Assembly (NCBI RefSeq): GCF_032191835.1
Contig: NC_083237.1
Coordinates: 38,688,001-38,752,000, forward strand
From: Heteronotia binoei
Taxonomy: Eukaryota
Length of the DNA: 64,000 nucleotides
Reading direction: 5' to 3'
Program-made: the position numbers and the translations under genes
Shown: piece after piece, positions 35,107 through 45,882 of the stretch
Layout of the letters: every line of letters begins with the position of its first letter
How positions within the stretch are numbered: the first letter of the stretch is position 1
Notes under the pieces: generated by a model
Told to the model about the DNA's origin: nothing
Databases searched by the model: none
The model's input: the letters and a program-made list of their open reading frames with translations, nothing else

Positions 35107-36902
35107 AATTGGCTCTCTACCCAAACTAGGAGTCCAACCATTACCTATCCTCTTCTATGCAGATGATACTGTGATTTTAGCTTTCACCAAAATTCACCAA
35201 AAAAATTTTTCACCAACCCCCTTCAGATGGTGTCAAGCAGACGGATTCAATGCTGAGTCGAAGTTGCTACAAAGACTACATTTATTGATAAACCGTTGCT
35301 TTGGCTCAAGCCTTGGCTTTGAGAAGAATGAAACCAATACATTGATACATGAGTTTTAAGGTACAGTTCAAAGAGATTCCTACGGGGAGGGAATGCAGGG
35401 GAGCATTCACACATAAGCTACAAAACTACATACATTCCCAGGGCAGTTATCAGGCATTCGGCCTTGTATCACCCAGATGGTGCTTCCTCCCGCAAGAGGA
35501 TTCATGGGAAGGTGCTGATTGCTTTGCTCTCAGTAATTACCAGTCATAAAACAAAGAGGGGCCAGGAAAGGATAATAAACTAGCAGCATTTGGTTCAGTG
35601 TGATTTATCCAGGCCTGCTTGTGGCCTGCCCGGAACCCAATAGTTCTTAAACAGAATCAAGTCAAGCTTGACAGATGGCACATGGGGAAAATCAAAATCC
35701 AACAAGTTAAAAGTCATAAATGTCGTGGTGTCACATTTAACTACAACCTCAACTGGGCAGCTCACAGAAGTAGAGCTATAAAACTGGCAAGGATCTCCCT
35801 TTCCCAACTCAGGTCTCTTGTTCTTTACTAATGGCAATCAATATGTCCCTGCTGCAATTAGAATATTTAACTCCAAAATCCTACCTCAGGTCCTGTTTGG
35901 AACCCCTATTTGGTTCAGTGCTCTCAATCACGATGTCGAGAATATCCAAGCGGTTTTTATCAGACAAATTTTGGGTGTCACTAAATGCATGCCTTATTTT
36001 ACAATCTGCTCTGAAGTTGGACAAAACCTAATTGAGACCAAAGTTTGGATTTTGACATCACGCTACTGGCTCAGGCTCTGTTTTAGAACTGAGCCAGACT
36101 CTCTCATCTCTTTTTCAAAAAGAACTGCGCTGTGCCTTCTGGAACTCCAAGATTATATCTAAATTAAGCCAATTTGTTATCCCTCTTGATGATTTATCAT
36201 TATCAGAGGAATCTTATATTTTTAAATTAATCAAACAACCATTACTTGACATTGAGCAGCAAAAGTTATTTCTCACCCAACCCCATAACTGTTCTCCTGC
36301 TATGCTCACTAATCACTTTGGGAAAATGCCCCAATATTTTTATAATCTTGATATTCCTCTCCAACACAGAGTCTTTCTTCTGGCAAGGGGTAATGCATTC
36401 CCCTCTAGATTGCTCTATGGCAGATACCATCAGATCCCAAGACAAGAACGGCTATGTCCTTGTAGTCTTAACTGCCTGGACGCAATAGAGCACATAATTG
36501 TGGAATGTCCTCTGTATGAGCTACCCTGTGAAAAACTGCTCTTAACTTGGCTCTGTCCCAAAAGGTATTTGAATACTAAGTTGAAATGTCAATTTCTTTC
36601 AAATGATTTGGTCCCTGAGTTCACTAATGCTGTTGCCAAATTTCTTATAGAAGTTCTTAAAATTCAAAATTTTAGATAGCAATGTTCTTTACTATACTTA
36701 TCTGTATGGAATCCTAGATCTGATTCCCACGGCTCAATGTTTTATATGACGCAAACTCTCTTAGGAATTTTTTTTAGATTTCCAACAGTATTGCTTTTAA
36801 ACGTTTTTAATCTTCCCTGGACCTTATTGTTATGCTACACTGCTTTATTTGCTTTTGACTGTAGATATGCCAATAAAGGTCTTTGACTTGATTTGACTTG
36901 AC
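35107..36902 (+). mobile_element. Non-LTR retrotransposon fragment (RTE-X-like, tentative), interrupted by a solo LTR
   Basis: LFYADDTVIL RT motif, then KILPQVLFGTPIW and the C-terminal RLCPC...EHIIVEC. Ends with AATAAA and a (TTGAC)n tail at 36902. Confidence 0.7.
35231..35673 (-). mobile_element. Solo LTR, sushi-group gypsy (443 bp)
   Basis: TGTCAAG...CTTGACA termini and a perfect 5-bp TSD GATGG (35226-35230 and 35674-35678). Confidence 0.92.
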
Positions 36903-37351
36903 ATCCCAATTTGAGAAATTCCTTGTTCCTTTTTTGGCCAGGGAAAAAAATTACAAAATACAATCTGTGCAACTAAAAAGATACACATATGAATATCTGC
37001 TCCCCCTCCTCCACAAAAGTTTTGCCAACCTAATTATCTGAGTCAGGGAAGATCTTATTAGAGTGTCAGTACTCTGGGGAAACCAAAGCTCCCAATAAGA
37101 GTGGAGATGTGCAGTGGAAAAGATTATATTTTCCACCATTCCATCACTTTAGTGAAGGTACAGGAAGCTCCTTCATCACTTCATGACATTCTCTGAAACA
37201 TCATATGTGACTCTCAGCTCTTAGGGATATAGCTACATATCCACATAACTTGCATTTAAGTCCTGAAGCCAGTTTCTATCAAACGTACTTCTGTGCATTC
37301 TTGATTCTCTAGTAATATATGAAAGGAGGAAAGGAAGTACAACAGAGAAAT

Positions 37352-37807
37352 TGTCAAGCATGGTGAAATTCCACTGATAATTGATTGTTTTAGGATCCTG
37401 CCTAAGTCAGATCTGGAAAGTGTAATGAAGGACCCATATTGTCAGTTTGTTATTCTTTCCCTCTTTCCCTTCCTTGCTTTATTGCTTATAATAAGAGGTA
37501 GTGTGAACCAAAACTAAATAATCAGCACCTTCCCAGACATTCTATTAAGGGAGTACGGGACATCTGGAGAAAGCAAGGACGAGGTCCTGATAATGCTATG
37601 GGAATGTAGACATTTATGATGCTTTATGTGTGAATGCTAACCTGCAACCCCCTCCCTTGGAATCCTTTTGAAGTAGACCTTAAAAGTGTCGTATCTATGT
37701 ATCAGTTTCATTACTCTCAAGCCATGGCTATGCCAAAAGTATTGGTCTATCAATAAACGTAGTCTTTGTATCAACTTCGACTCGTCATTGAACCCGCATG
37801 CTTGACA
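37352..37807 (+). mobile_element. Solo LTR, sushi-group gypsy (456 bp)
   Basis: TGTCAAG...CTTGACA with a 5-bp TSD GAAAT (37347-37351 and 37808-37812). The empty site is visible in the paralog at 55742-55746. Confidence 0.93.
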
Positions 37808-38581
37808 GAAATTTCCAACTATTCAAAATCTAAAAAGGTAAGTAACTTATTAAAGTGTTTTAGTGTTGGGTAGCCATTTCCCTGAAGCCAGATTACAAAG
37901 TCCATTCTCAGTGTTATTCTACTTGCAGAAGGGAATTTCACACACACACACACACCCAGTCAGTGATATAAAGGAAAGAGTGTCATCTACCTAGAACGGC
38001 AAAAATTTAAGATCCTCTTGCTTTCTCTAGTCAGATCCTTTCTGACTAGCAACCAATAGAGGAAGGAAAATTAATTAAATGGTTGTATAGCACGGGAAGT
38101 AAGATTGTGGAAACTAAAGGAACCCTGCCTCAACTTTTCTCTCATTGAACTCACAGTATGGTTTCAGTCTGGCTGTTATTTCTCAACCTTACTCCCAATC
38201 TCCATTTGCAATATGTTGAAACATGTTTACTTTAAAATTGTATGTAAAGGATCAGTGAGAGGATATCTGTTCTTACTTTGAATATGGTAGTAATGTATCA
38301 ATTCTTCCAAACATACTTTGCATTCTTGATTCTCTGGTAATATGTGAGAGGAGGAAGCACAACAGTGAAATTTCAAATCATTCAGTATCACAATACTTTT
38401 ATTATATTTGCATTCTTAGTCATCTTTATTAACTAAATGATTAGTGCACTTCATTTATTTTTATCATTCCTTAATGTAGTTCTCTGCAGTCTAGAATCCC
38501 AGAAACTTATTTCAAATGTCATAGGCCAACGGCCACAATATTGTAGTGGCTGATGCTTTAGACAGATCTCACAGACCTTGA

Positions 38582-39427
38582 CATCATCATTATCACTATA
38601 GTACACACTGACCAACATCTCCACACTCCAATGTACTTCTTCCTCAGCAACTTCTCCTTCTTAGAGATATGGTATACCTCAAATATTGTTCCCAAGATGC
38701 TAGAAGTCTTCCTAGGTAAAGACAAAACTATCACATACACTGGCTGCATTACCCAACTTTATTTTTTTTATCGCATTTGGTACAGCAGAATGTTTCATTC
38801 TGGCATCATGGCATATGATTGCTACTTAGCCATATGCAGCCCTCTGCGCTATCCAACTCTCATGAATAACAAAGTTTGCCTTTATTTTGCTGTGTGTGCA
38901 TGGGTTGGTGCTTTCATAATTAATATCCCACCACTAATCTCACTATGTAAACTGCCATTTTGTGGGCCCAATGAAATTAACCATTTCTTTTGTGATGCAC
39001 CCCCTTTACTGAAACTCTCTTGCATTCCGCCCCACAAAGCCGAATTGTCCAACTTCATTGTGGCAACCAGTGTCATTGTCAGTTCCTTCCTCCTCATTAT
39101 GGTATCATAATCACTGTTTTGAAAATCCCATCCTCTTCTGGGCGACAAAAAGCCTTCTGCACTTGAGGGTCCCATCTGGCAGTCATGACTATTTTCTACA
39201 GCACCCTGATGTTCATGTATGTGCGTCCGACATCCAACTTCTCTGTGGACTTTGTGGATTTCAACAAAGTTGTATCTCTGTTCTACACTGTGATTACTCC
39301 CATGCTAAACCCAGTCATTTACTGTTTGAGAAACAAGGAGGTCAAAGATGCTCTGCAGAAAGCAGTCCAAAGGAAGTGCATGTTGGCATCAAAATCAAGC
39401 ATCATGTTAAGTGGGACAATGAATTAA
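38582..39427 (+). pseudogene. OR pseudogene, paralog of 57583-58566
   Basis: Start codon and TM1 deleted, frameshifts near 38760-38805, a 13-bp deletion after 39106 and a TGT>TGA stop near 39163. Otherwise highly similar to the intact gene. Confidence 0.92.
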
Positions 39428-39443
39428 AGATGTCAATGATAGA

Positions 39444-40200
39444 GGTAGAACAGAGTTTGCATGCAGTGGCACCTTTCAGACCAAGAAAGTTTCTTTATAG
39501 GGATAATTATTCATTTGCACACACACTTCTTCAGATATCTTGAAACAAAAGCCATCAACTATTACACATAGGTAGAGAGTGGGGAGGGTATTGCCAGGAA
39601 AGGCCAATTCAAATAAAGTAACTGAGAAATAAAATAGCTAAGATTCGATGAAGGCAATTGGTAAGACCTGTGAATAGCCCTCCAGTTCTCTATGTAGGGC
39701 AAATAGGTCAAACCCCATGCCAAAGGATAAATGGATGCAAATTTGACACTGAGAATCACAAAACTGTGAAACCTGTAGGAGAACACTTAAACCATCAAGG
39801 ACATTCAATAGGGGACCACAAAGTGGCTGTTTTATTGACAAGGAATTTCAGAAACAGAATAGAATGGGAGATTGTGGAGTTACAAGTTATTACAACACTC
39901 AGGACCATGGAACCCCAAGGTCTTAACAGATATCAATTTCTTATGTCATTATACATGCTAATGTAATTCTGCTCTTGCATCTGTAAACTCTTTTATTATA
40001 TGCCAATTTGCTGCTGTTCACAGGTTTTACTGATTACTTTCATCCAACCTAAGCTATGTTTATTGCTCTGTTTCAGTGTATCTGAAAAAGTCTGCGTGCA
40101 CACAAAAGCTTATATCTTAAATAAAAGTTTGTTGGTTTTAAAGGTGCCACTGGACTCAAACTTTGTTCTGTTGCTTCAGACCAGCACATTTACCTGCCTG
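39444..40200. mobile_element. Penelope-like element relic with inverted pseudo-LTRs and a GIY-YIG endonuclease fragment
   Basis: Plus-strand LYVGQIGQTPCQRINGCKFD...PVGEHLNHQGHS...ELQVITTL...GLNR. A pLTR in minus orientation at ~39450-39540 and in plus orientation at ~40070-40200. Confidence 0.8.
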
Positions 40201-40618
40201 AATCTACCTTAATGGAAAGTAGTAGTTGTATAATCCAGGAGAAGCTGAAAATCTTGTTTTATATAATTGCTTCCTTAAAAGCATCCATGACCTGATCTGA
40301 TGGAAAGTTATACAAATGGAACTAAGTTCAGGTAAAGAACTAAGATATAGGAGCAACCTGACTAACATTTTCCCCTGTTTCTATGTAGATTTTCTGACAT
40401 GTCTCTCTGCCAGATTGCACAGATCATTTTCTTTGTCACTCTTTATTTTAATGGATCATTTGTCATTTTATATCAGCTAACTATGAGTAGTTTTTTTTAT
40501 GGATTTCTAGATATTCTAACACTGAAGAACTCTTAAATAAAGTGATATTTAAATTCTCTCCAAACATTTGTTTCAGTTTACAATTCCATAGTACAGGCTT
40601 TCAAGGCATGCCCTACAT

Positions 40619-40754
40619 CAGGGGTGGCCAACGGTAGCTCTCCAGGTGTTTGTGGCCTACAACTCCCATCAGCCCCAACCATTGGCTATGCTGGCTGGGG
40701 CTGATGGGAGTTGTAGGCAAAAAACATCTGGAAAGCAACTATTGGCCACCCCTG
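40619..40754. mobile_element. hAT MITE (136 bp)
   Basis: CAGGGGTGGCCAA TIRs and TSD CCCTACAT/CCCTGCAT. Absent from the paralogous site at ~59543-59550. Confidence 0.9.
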
Positions 40755-41029
40755 CCCTGCATCATTGTTGGTTGGTAGGTTGCTTTTTCAATGATCACTG
40801 TATATTCACACAAAATACTGACAGAGGTGGTCCTCCAAAAAATTTGCATCCCTGTCACTAAGGGACTTGAAGTTCAAAACCAAGACCTTGAACCTGATCC
40901 AGTACTACTTTGGGTTGCTTGGCATCTCATTGATGAAATACAAATTATATCCCAGAATTTTTCCTGTAGTCTTTATTGAACTGATCTCTTGTATTTCTCA
41001 TTTTTCTCTGCTCTTCCCCCCTCCTCTGA

Positions 41030-41205
41030 CCTGGCTAGCCCATTCTCATCAGATCTCAGGAGCTAAACAGATTAGGACCTGGATAGGAGACCACATAGGA
41101 ACACCAGGGTTGCTACACAGCAGCAGGCAGTATCAAACCACCTCTCAATGTCTCTTGCCTTGAAAACCCCAGAGCATCACTATAAGTTGATTGGGACTTT
41201 AGAGC
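41030..41205 (+). mobile_element. 5S-Sauria-type SINE relic
   Basis: 5S-like cagatctcaggagctaaacag...ggagacc, then a Bov-B-like tail aaaccacctctcaatgtctcttgccttgaaaaccc. Confidence 0.6.
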
Positions 41206-41274
41206 AATAAAATAACAAGAATCTCTTTTTTAATTTTTTCCCCATCACTCTAGAAAAAGTTCTAGAGTGAGTGG

Positions 41275-42118
41275 GTGAGTGGGCGTCAACGTGGCAGATG
41301 AGGTTCAATGTGGCCAAGTGCAAAGTAATGCACATCGGGGCCAAGAATCCCAGCTACAAATACAAGTTGATGGGGTGTGAACTGGCAGAGACTGACCAAG
41401 AGAGAGATCTTGGGGTCGTGGTAGATAACTCACTGAAAATGTCAAGACAGTGTGCGTCTGCAATAAAAAAGGCCAACATCATGCTGGGAATTATTAGGAA
41501 GGGAATTGAAAACAAATCAGCCAGTATCATAATGCCCCTGTATAAATCGATGGTGCAGTCTCATTTGGAGTACTGTGTGCAGTTCTGGTCGCCGCACCTC
41601 AAAAAGGATATTATAGCATTGGAGAAAGTCCAGAGAAGGGCAACTAGAATGATTAAAGGGCTGGAGCACTTTCCCTATGAAGAAAGGTTGAAATGCTTGG
41701 GACTCTTTAGCTTGGAGAAACGTCGACTGCGGGGTGACATGATAGAGGTTTACAAGATAATGCATGGGTTGGAGAAAGTAGAGAAAGAAGTACTTTTCTC
41801 CCTTTCTCACAATACAAGAACTCGTGGGCATTCGATGAAATTGCTGAGCAGAAAGGTTAAAACGGATAAAAGGAAGTACTTCTTCACCCAAAGGGTGATT
41901 AACATGTGGAATTCACTGCCACAGGAGGTGGTGGCGGCCACAAGTATAGCCACCTTCAAGAAGGGTTTAGATAAATATATGGAGCACAGGTCCATCAGTG
42001 GCTATTAGCCACAGTGTATGTGTGTATAAAAAATTTTTTGCCACTGTGTGACACAGAGTGTTGGACTTGATGGGCCGTTGGCCTGATCCAACATGGCTTC
42101 TCTTATGTTCTTATGTTC
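41275..42118 (+). mobile_element. 5'-truncated CR1 LINE (ORF2 C-terminus plus 3' UTR)
   Basis: WQMRFNVAKCKVMH...SLEKRRLRGDMIEVYK ORF, and a 3' end with (TTATGTTC)n. Confidence 0.95.
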
Positions 42119-44206
42119 ATAAAATATTGTTATGTGTTTACAGTATGCCAGCCTTTTCCTAAAGTGTGCTTTTAGCAGAAGTCCATTCTGCTCAACTGTA
42201 GTTGTCCTTATAGTTAACAAAGTGGGGTTTCTGTTTGGTCAGTCAATTCAGCCAGAAAGAGTCCTGTTTGTTTCTGTGAGTAAGACCTGTTTGCTGGACA
42301 GAGAGGTAGAAGTTGGTGAAACAACTGGTTAAGACAGGTATAACAACGATTCTGGATTTGTCTTCATACTCTTCTTCAGCTTTCAGTAGAGCCTTTCTAG
42401 ACTTCCTCAAGCCTTTCATATTTCCAGTTGATCCCTTATTTAGGGATGTATGAAGATTCTGATCCAACTGGAACTCAAACTAGAAATTCATCTTTTAACA
42501 TGGATACTTTTCAGAATGGACTCAGGAGTGGCCACATTCTGGGCTAGAAGTGGGGGAGATGATGATTTCAGATACCACAGGCCATGGAGGCATTGGAACA
42601 TATCCAGAGAGAATAAAGCTGGGATTCATGGTGTGTGTTTGAACTGGACTGTAGAATCTGTTCTAGAAACTAAAATGCACTCCAGACTTGGACTAGAACA
42701 GGATGAATTACTTCTAACTCTGCCCAAATGCCTCCCCTGCTCACTACAATCTCTTTGTCTCCTTTAAGTTTCATTACCCACGTCCCTAATTCCTTCCCTT
42801 TTCCCTTGTCTCCCAGCCTTATGCATTGTGCTGCATGCAGCTATTTCACTGGTCTTTCCAGTAATCCTGACTCTATTTTTCTGCTATTCCCTGTGTGAGA
42901 GTCTGCTTTAACCATTCCAGACAGTTAAGCAGAAGCAATATAGACTCCATCAAGGCTGGTCCTGCCTGGCAGCCAACTATAATCAACGCTTCACATGAAC
43001 ACATACATGAAATTGTCTTATATAAATGAAGGAAAAATATGAGTGCCATTTTTTACTTTCGCCCTCCCCCTCAAAAATATGTAGAGACTGCCCTGTGCAA
43101 AGGAGCTCCTGCTACAAAAAAGCCCTGATAACTAGTAGTAGTTAAGATATTAGTTAACTAATAAGATAACTAACTGGATGGTGCTAAAGTTCAGTTGTAC
43201 TTTGTCATAATAGGATGTTTTAATTTTATTCCATGTTTGATGTTGGAACTCCCATGATCATTCTGAAACTTGTGGCCAGTTCAGAGGCTCCTAGCTTTAG
43301 CTTCAGGTGAGTTGTTTTCTTAGCTTCCATTGCACATAGTACCATGGAGCTGGGTGGAACTAAAGGAGGAGGGAAACCATAGATAATAATCTTGTTAGGA
43401 GGCTGCATCTTGGCTATAACTGTAGATTGTGTTGGCTGGTCTTATCTTGCTCCAGTGCTGGCTTGGCTGATGTGTTCAGCAGGATCTCAGAAGCAAGGAT
43501 TTCCCTCAGCTTCATGGTAAATATTAAGAAGGCCCAGCCAACAGAGTCATAGTACTGTGCTCTGCACAGGTCTGGTGCATGGGAGTAGGTCAAGTAGGTG
43601 GCCATCTGGGGCACCATCTGGCCTAGAGGCACCATGAGTCACCCCACACACAGACATGCTGAGCCTCCTGCCTTCTCGACCTCACCAAGGCTTCCCCTGA
43701 GGTTTCAGCGAAGTCGGGGGAGGGGGTAGCAGTGAGTGCACTCAGAGCCCAGCACTAAGCACGCCAGCTGCTATCTGGATCTCGCCGAAGCTTGGGAAGC
43801 CTTGACAAAGTCGGGGAGGAGCATAGCAGCAACTGTGCTCAGAGTTGAGCTCTGAGCACACTCGCTGCTATCTAGACCTCAATGGGGCTTGGGAGGCAGG
43901 GCCGGTGCACGGGAGTTCCTCTCCTTCTTCAGAGGGAGCTGGGTTTTCCTGGCTCCCTTTGAAGAGGAAGAGAGCTGAGCTGAGTGTTTGCACAAAGTGC
44001 GCGCGGCCTGATGATGTTACTTCCGGTGATGTCATTGAGCCCTGTGTGCAAAGCGCATGTGAGAGGAGCATTGGAGGGGGAGCTGGTGCAGGGTGCGGCA
44101 TGGAGCACCAGAAACTCTAGCACCAGGTTCGGCTTTGCCTTTCCTACACTCATACTGGCTGCAGTATAGAACCTGAGAACTGCACCAGATGTAAAATAAA
44201 AACTGA

Positions 44207-44418
44207 GAGCGTTTTCCCACAGAGTTTACTGCGGAGCGCCGTCCCTCTTCACCGCGCAGCGTCTGTGCGGATTTCCCACCAACTGCTCCACATAACTAGG
44301 AAGATCCGCGGCTTTTGTGCTGCTAACGTAAACTGGTTTACGTTGGTGGGAAATCCGCGCAGACGCTGCGCGGTGAAGAGGGACGTCGCTCCACAGTAAA
44401 CTCTGTGGGAAAACGCCC
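44207..44418. mobile_element. Palindromic MITE (PIF/Harbinger-like, 212 bp)
   Basis: Near-perfect inverted arms of ~75 bp (GAGCGTTTTCCCACAGAG.../...CTCTGTGGGAAAACGCCC) and a 3-bp TSD TGA. Confidence 0.75.
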
Positions 44419-45882
44419 TGAAATTTATTCCAGGAATGCAGCATGATACTTCAAGGGTATTAGGATGGTCTCCTAACATGAGTTTCCAGTATTGCTTTCC
44501 TTGCTCATGGATTATAGACTTTGTGGTGTGTTCTGTATCTTGGTATTATTTCCTTGCTTATTAATCACATATCCTAGTATTGTCATTACTTATGATTCCA
44601 ATTTTATATTGCCTTGTGTTATTATTCTGATTTTTCATTTATTCATTTGATTCTTATATCCATATTCCTTAACATGTAATCACCATATATATTATCCATT
44701 GTATAATCACCATGTAACCAGACTTTATACTGAAGTTTTACTATTGTTAGATATAGGAGAGAGTTTGCATGAGCATCGGCCTTAGGATGTTACCTCTGGA
44801 ATGTGATTATCTGGTATCCAAGACAATGAACAAGACTAGCACAAGCAAATGTTCCTGTCTGCGTAAAACTAACCTTGAACTGAACATAGAGATGTTGTAA
44901 AGGCTTGGAAAACTTTTTAAATGTGTGAAGAGCATTAACTCTGGGCGTACAAACTAAGACCATTATATCTGTATATATATATGTGCTTAGTTTTGATTTA
45001 TCCAGTTCTGGCAAGGATCACCTTGCTGAGTGTTTGCTACTGATCTTTCCAATAAAGCTTTTTCGGCATTCATCAGAGAAGCCTCCTTGACTGAATCTGG
45101 GCAAAACCTCACAAAGAGTTGACTGAGTCCTGAGAATTTGCCCTCCCCACTCCCGCTCAGAAGCCCTGGATGGATGAATCTTTATATTATAGATTCCTTC
45201 TGCCTCTAGGGCTGCAAATTCCAGGTTTAGAAATTGCTGGAGATTTTGTGGGTAGATTCCAAGGACTGTGGGGTTTGAGGAGAAGAGGTCAGTAGGGTAT
45301 AATGCTATAGGATCCATCTTCCAAAGCAGCCATTTTCTCCAGAGAAACTGAGCTCTGTAGTCTGCAGATCAGTTGTAATTCTAAGAAATCTTCTGGCCCC
45401 ACCTGGAAGTTGGCTACCCTGTGTTTCAATTGGAGAGTGCATCTTCTGCACAGAGAAGGTTCCAGGTTCACTCCTCCAAGATCTCAAATTAGGAGAATGT
45501 GTGCCCCTGACAGTTTGCATGTTAGCAAATGTATACCCCTACTTTTAAATGGGCATTTATGATATTGCTTCTTCACATCTCATCTAAATGTGTTTCTCAC
45601 TTTCTGGAGTAATTACCTTGGATTATATTATGTGTACCAAATTTAACCTTTTAGACCCTTTGGGTTTGCAATAGTCCTGAGCACACATTTCTGGGCTACT
45701 ATATCCTCCATTCACTCAAATGTAGTAGTGTTCCTGCTTTCACCCTTGAAATCTTTTAGGGTGCAAAGTAGAAATTCTCATTTGAAATGCCATCGATTTC
45801 ACTGAAGGAGTTATGCATGTGCCTGACTCTCCCATAAAAATCAATGGGATTTGTATTGGCTTAATTTGTGCTTTTAGGAATT

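Larger units (their letters stand above)
36903..40870 (+). repeat. Segmental duplication copy A (OR gene with upstream and downstream flanks), paralogous to ~55348-59600
   Basis: Colinear similarity from atcccaatttga... through the OR CDS, the Penelope relic and the downstream flank. Confidence 0.9.

Noticed and set aside
43560-44135. GC-rich repeat-like segment containing gatgttacttccggtgatgtca
   Set aside because: It is probably a DNA-transposon-derived repeat, but I could not define TIRs or a TSD, so it was not annotated.
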